A stretch of DNA of 35,594 nt, taken from the NCBI GenBank assembly GCA_027366115.1, contig DAHXLH010000215.1:1-35594 (forward strand). Reading direction: 5' to 3'. Source of the DNA: Phycisphaerales bacterium. GTDB lineage: Bacteria; Planctomycetota; Phycisphaerae; WQYP01. This document shows, one piece after another, positions 35,511 through 35,594 of this stretch. The notes below the pieces were generated by a model, which saw only the letters and a program-made list of their open reading frames with translations, was not told the origin of the DNA and made no database searches. Within the stretch, counting starts at the first letter, position 1, and every line of letters starts with the position of its first letter. A program made the position numbers and the translations under genes.

Positions 35511-35594
35511 GGAAAACATCAGACGCTGGTCGTGCGACGCGCGGACAATTGGGTGCATTTGCAGCGCGTCGCGGATTCGTCACGTTATGGCGTT
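35511..35594 (+). repeat. Distal arm of the exact inverted repeat, truncated by the window end
   Basis: The last 84 nt of the window are the reverse complement of 34425-34508. Identity starts abruptly at 35511 (35510 does not match) and is still perfect at the final base. Confidence 0.95.

Noticed and set aside
1-35594. Search by eye for CRISPR arrays, tandem repeats, transposase, integrase or phage genes, toxin-antitoxin pairs or defence-system genes
   Set aside because: I saw no regularly spaced direct repeats, and no ORF translation carries recombinase, nuclease-helicase or toxin-like motifs. Apart from the 84-nt inverted repeat, the window looks like core chromosome rather than an accessory island.

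Overview
The window looks like a chromosomal core region from a polysaccharide-degrading bacterium. Assigning it to the PVC group (Planctomycetota/Verrucomicrobiota-like) is only a guess, based on gene content and on Tat-exported glycosidases. I support 28 protein genes by motif-level reading of the ORF translations. Housekeeping genes are a dnaK 3' fragment, rpoD, folC, ychF, murI, accB-accC, an M24 Xaa-Pro peptidase, an aldehyde dehydrogenase and a LOG-family protein. They are interspersed with four secreted or anchored carbohydrate-active(-like) proteins: a GH2, a GH28-like protein and two large Tat-signal proteins of unassigned family. Other content includes an Rrf2 regulator divergent from cydAB, a yqjD/yqjE/yqjK-like membrane module, an orphan MlaD/MCE protein, and a methyltransferase, flavin-reductase-like and tandem AsnC/siroheme-decarboxylase-like trio. 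There is also a CHASE3-GGDEF-EAL protein, a HEAT-repeat lipoprotein and an SSS-family transporter. I found no rRNA, tRNA, CRISPR array, transposase, integrase or phage gene. The most unusual signal is an exact 84-nt inverted repeat. One arm lies inside the 710-aa Tat-signal gene (34425-34508) and the other forms the last 84 nt of the window (35511-35594). Together they bracket that gene's promoter and N-terminal third. This fits an intragenic invertible (shufflon-like) switch, an inverted partial duplication, or a fold-back assembly artefact, and the window ends too early to decide. Lesser items are a perfect 24-bp-stem palindromic terminator, repeated or palindromic motifs between rrf2 and cydA, a long structured leader before rpoD, charged terminal extensions on RpoD, LOG and FolC, and an EAL domain with deviant motifs. 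All product calls come from motif recognition by eye; no database search was run.
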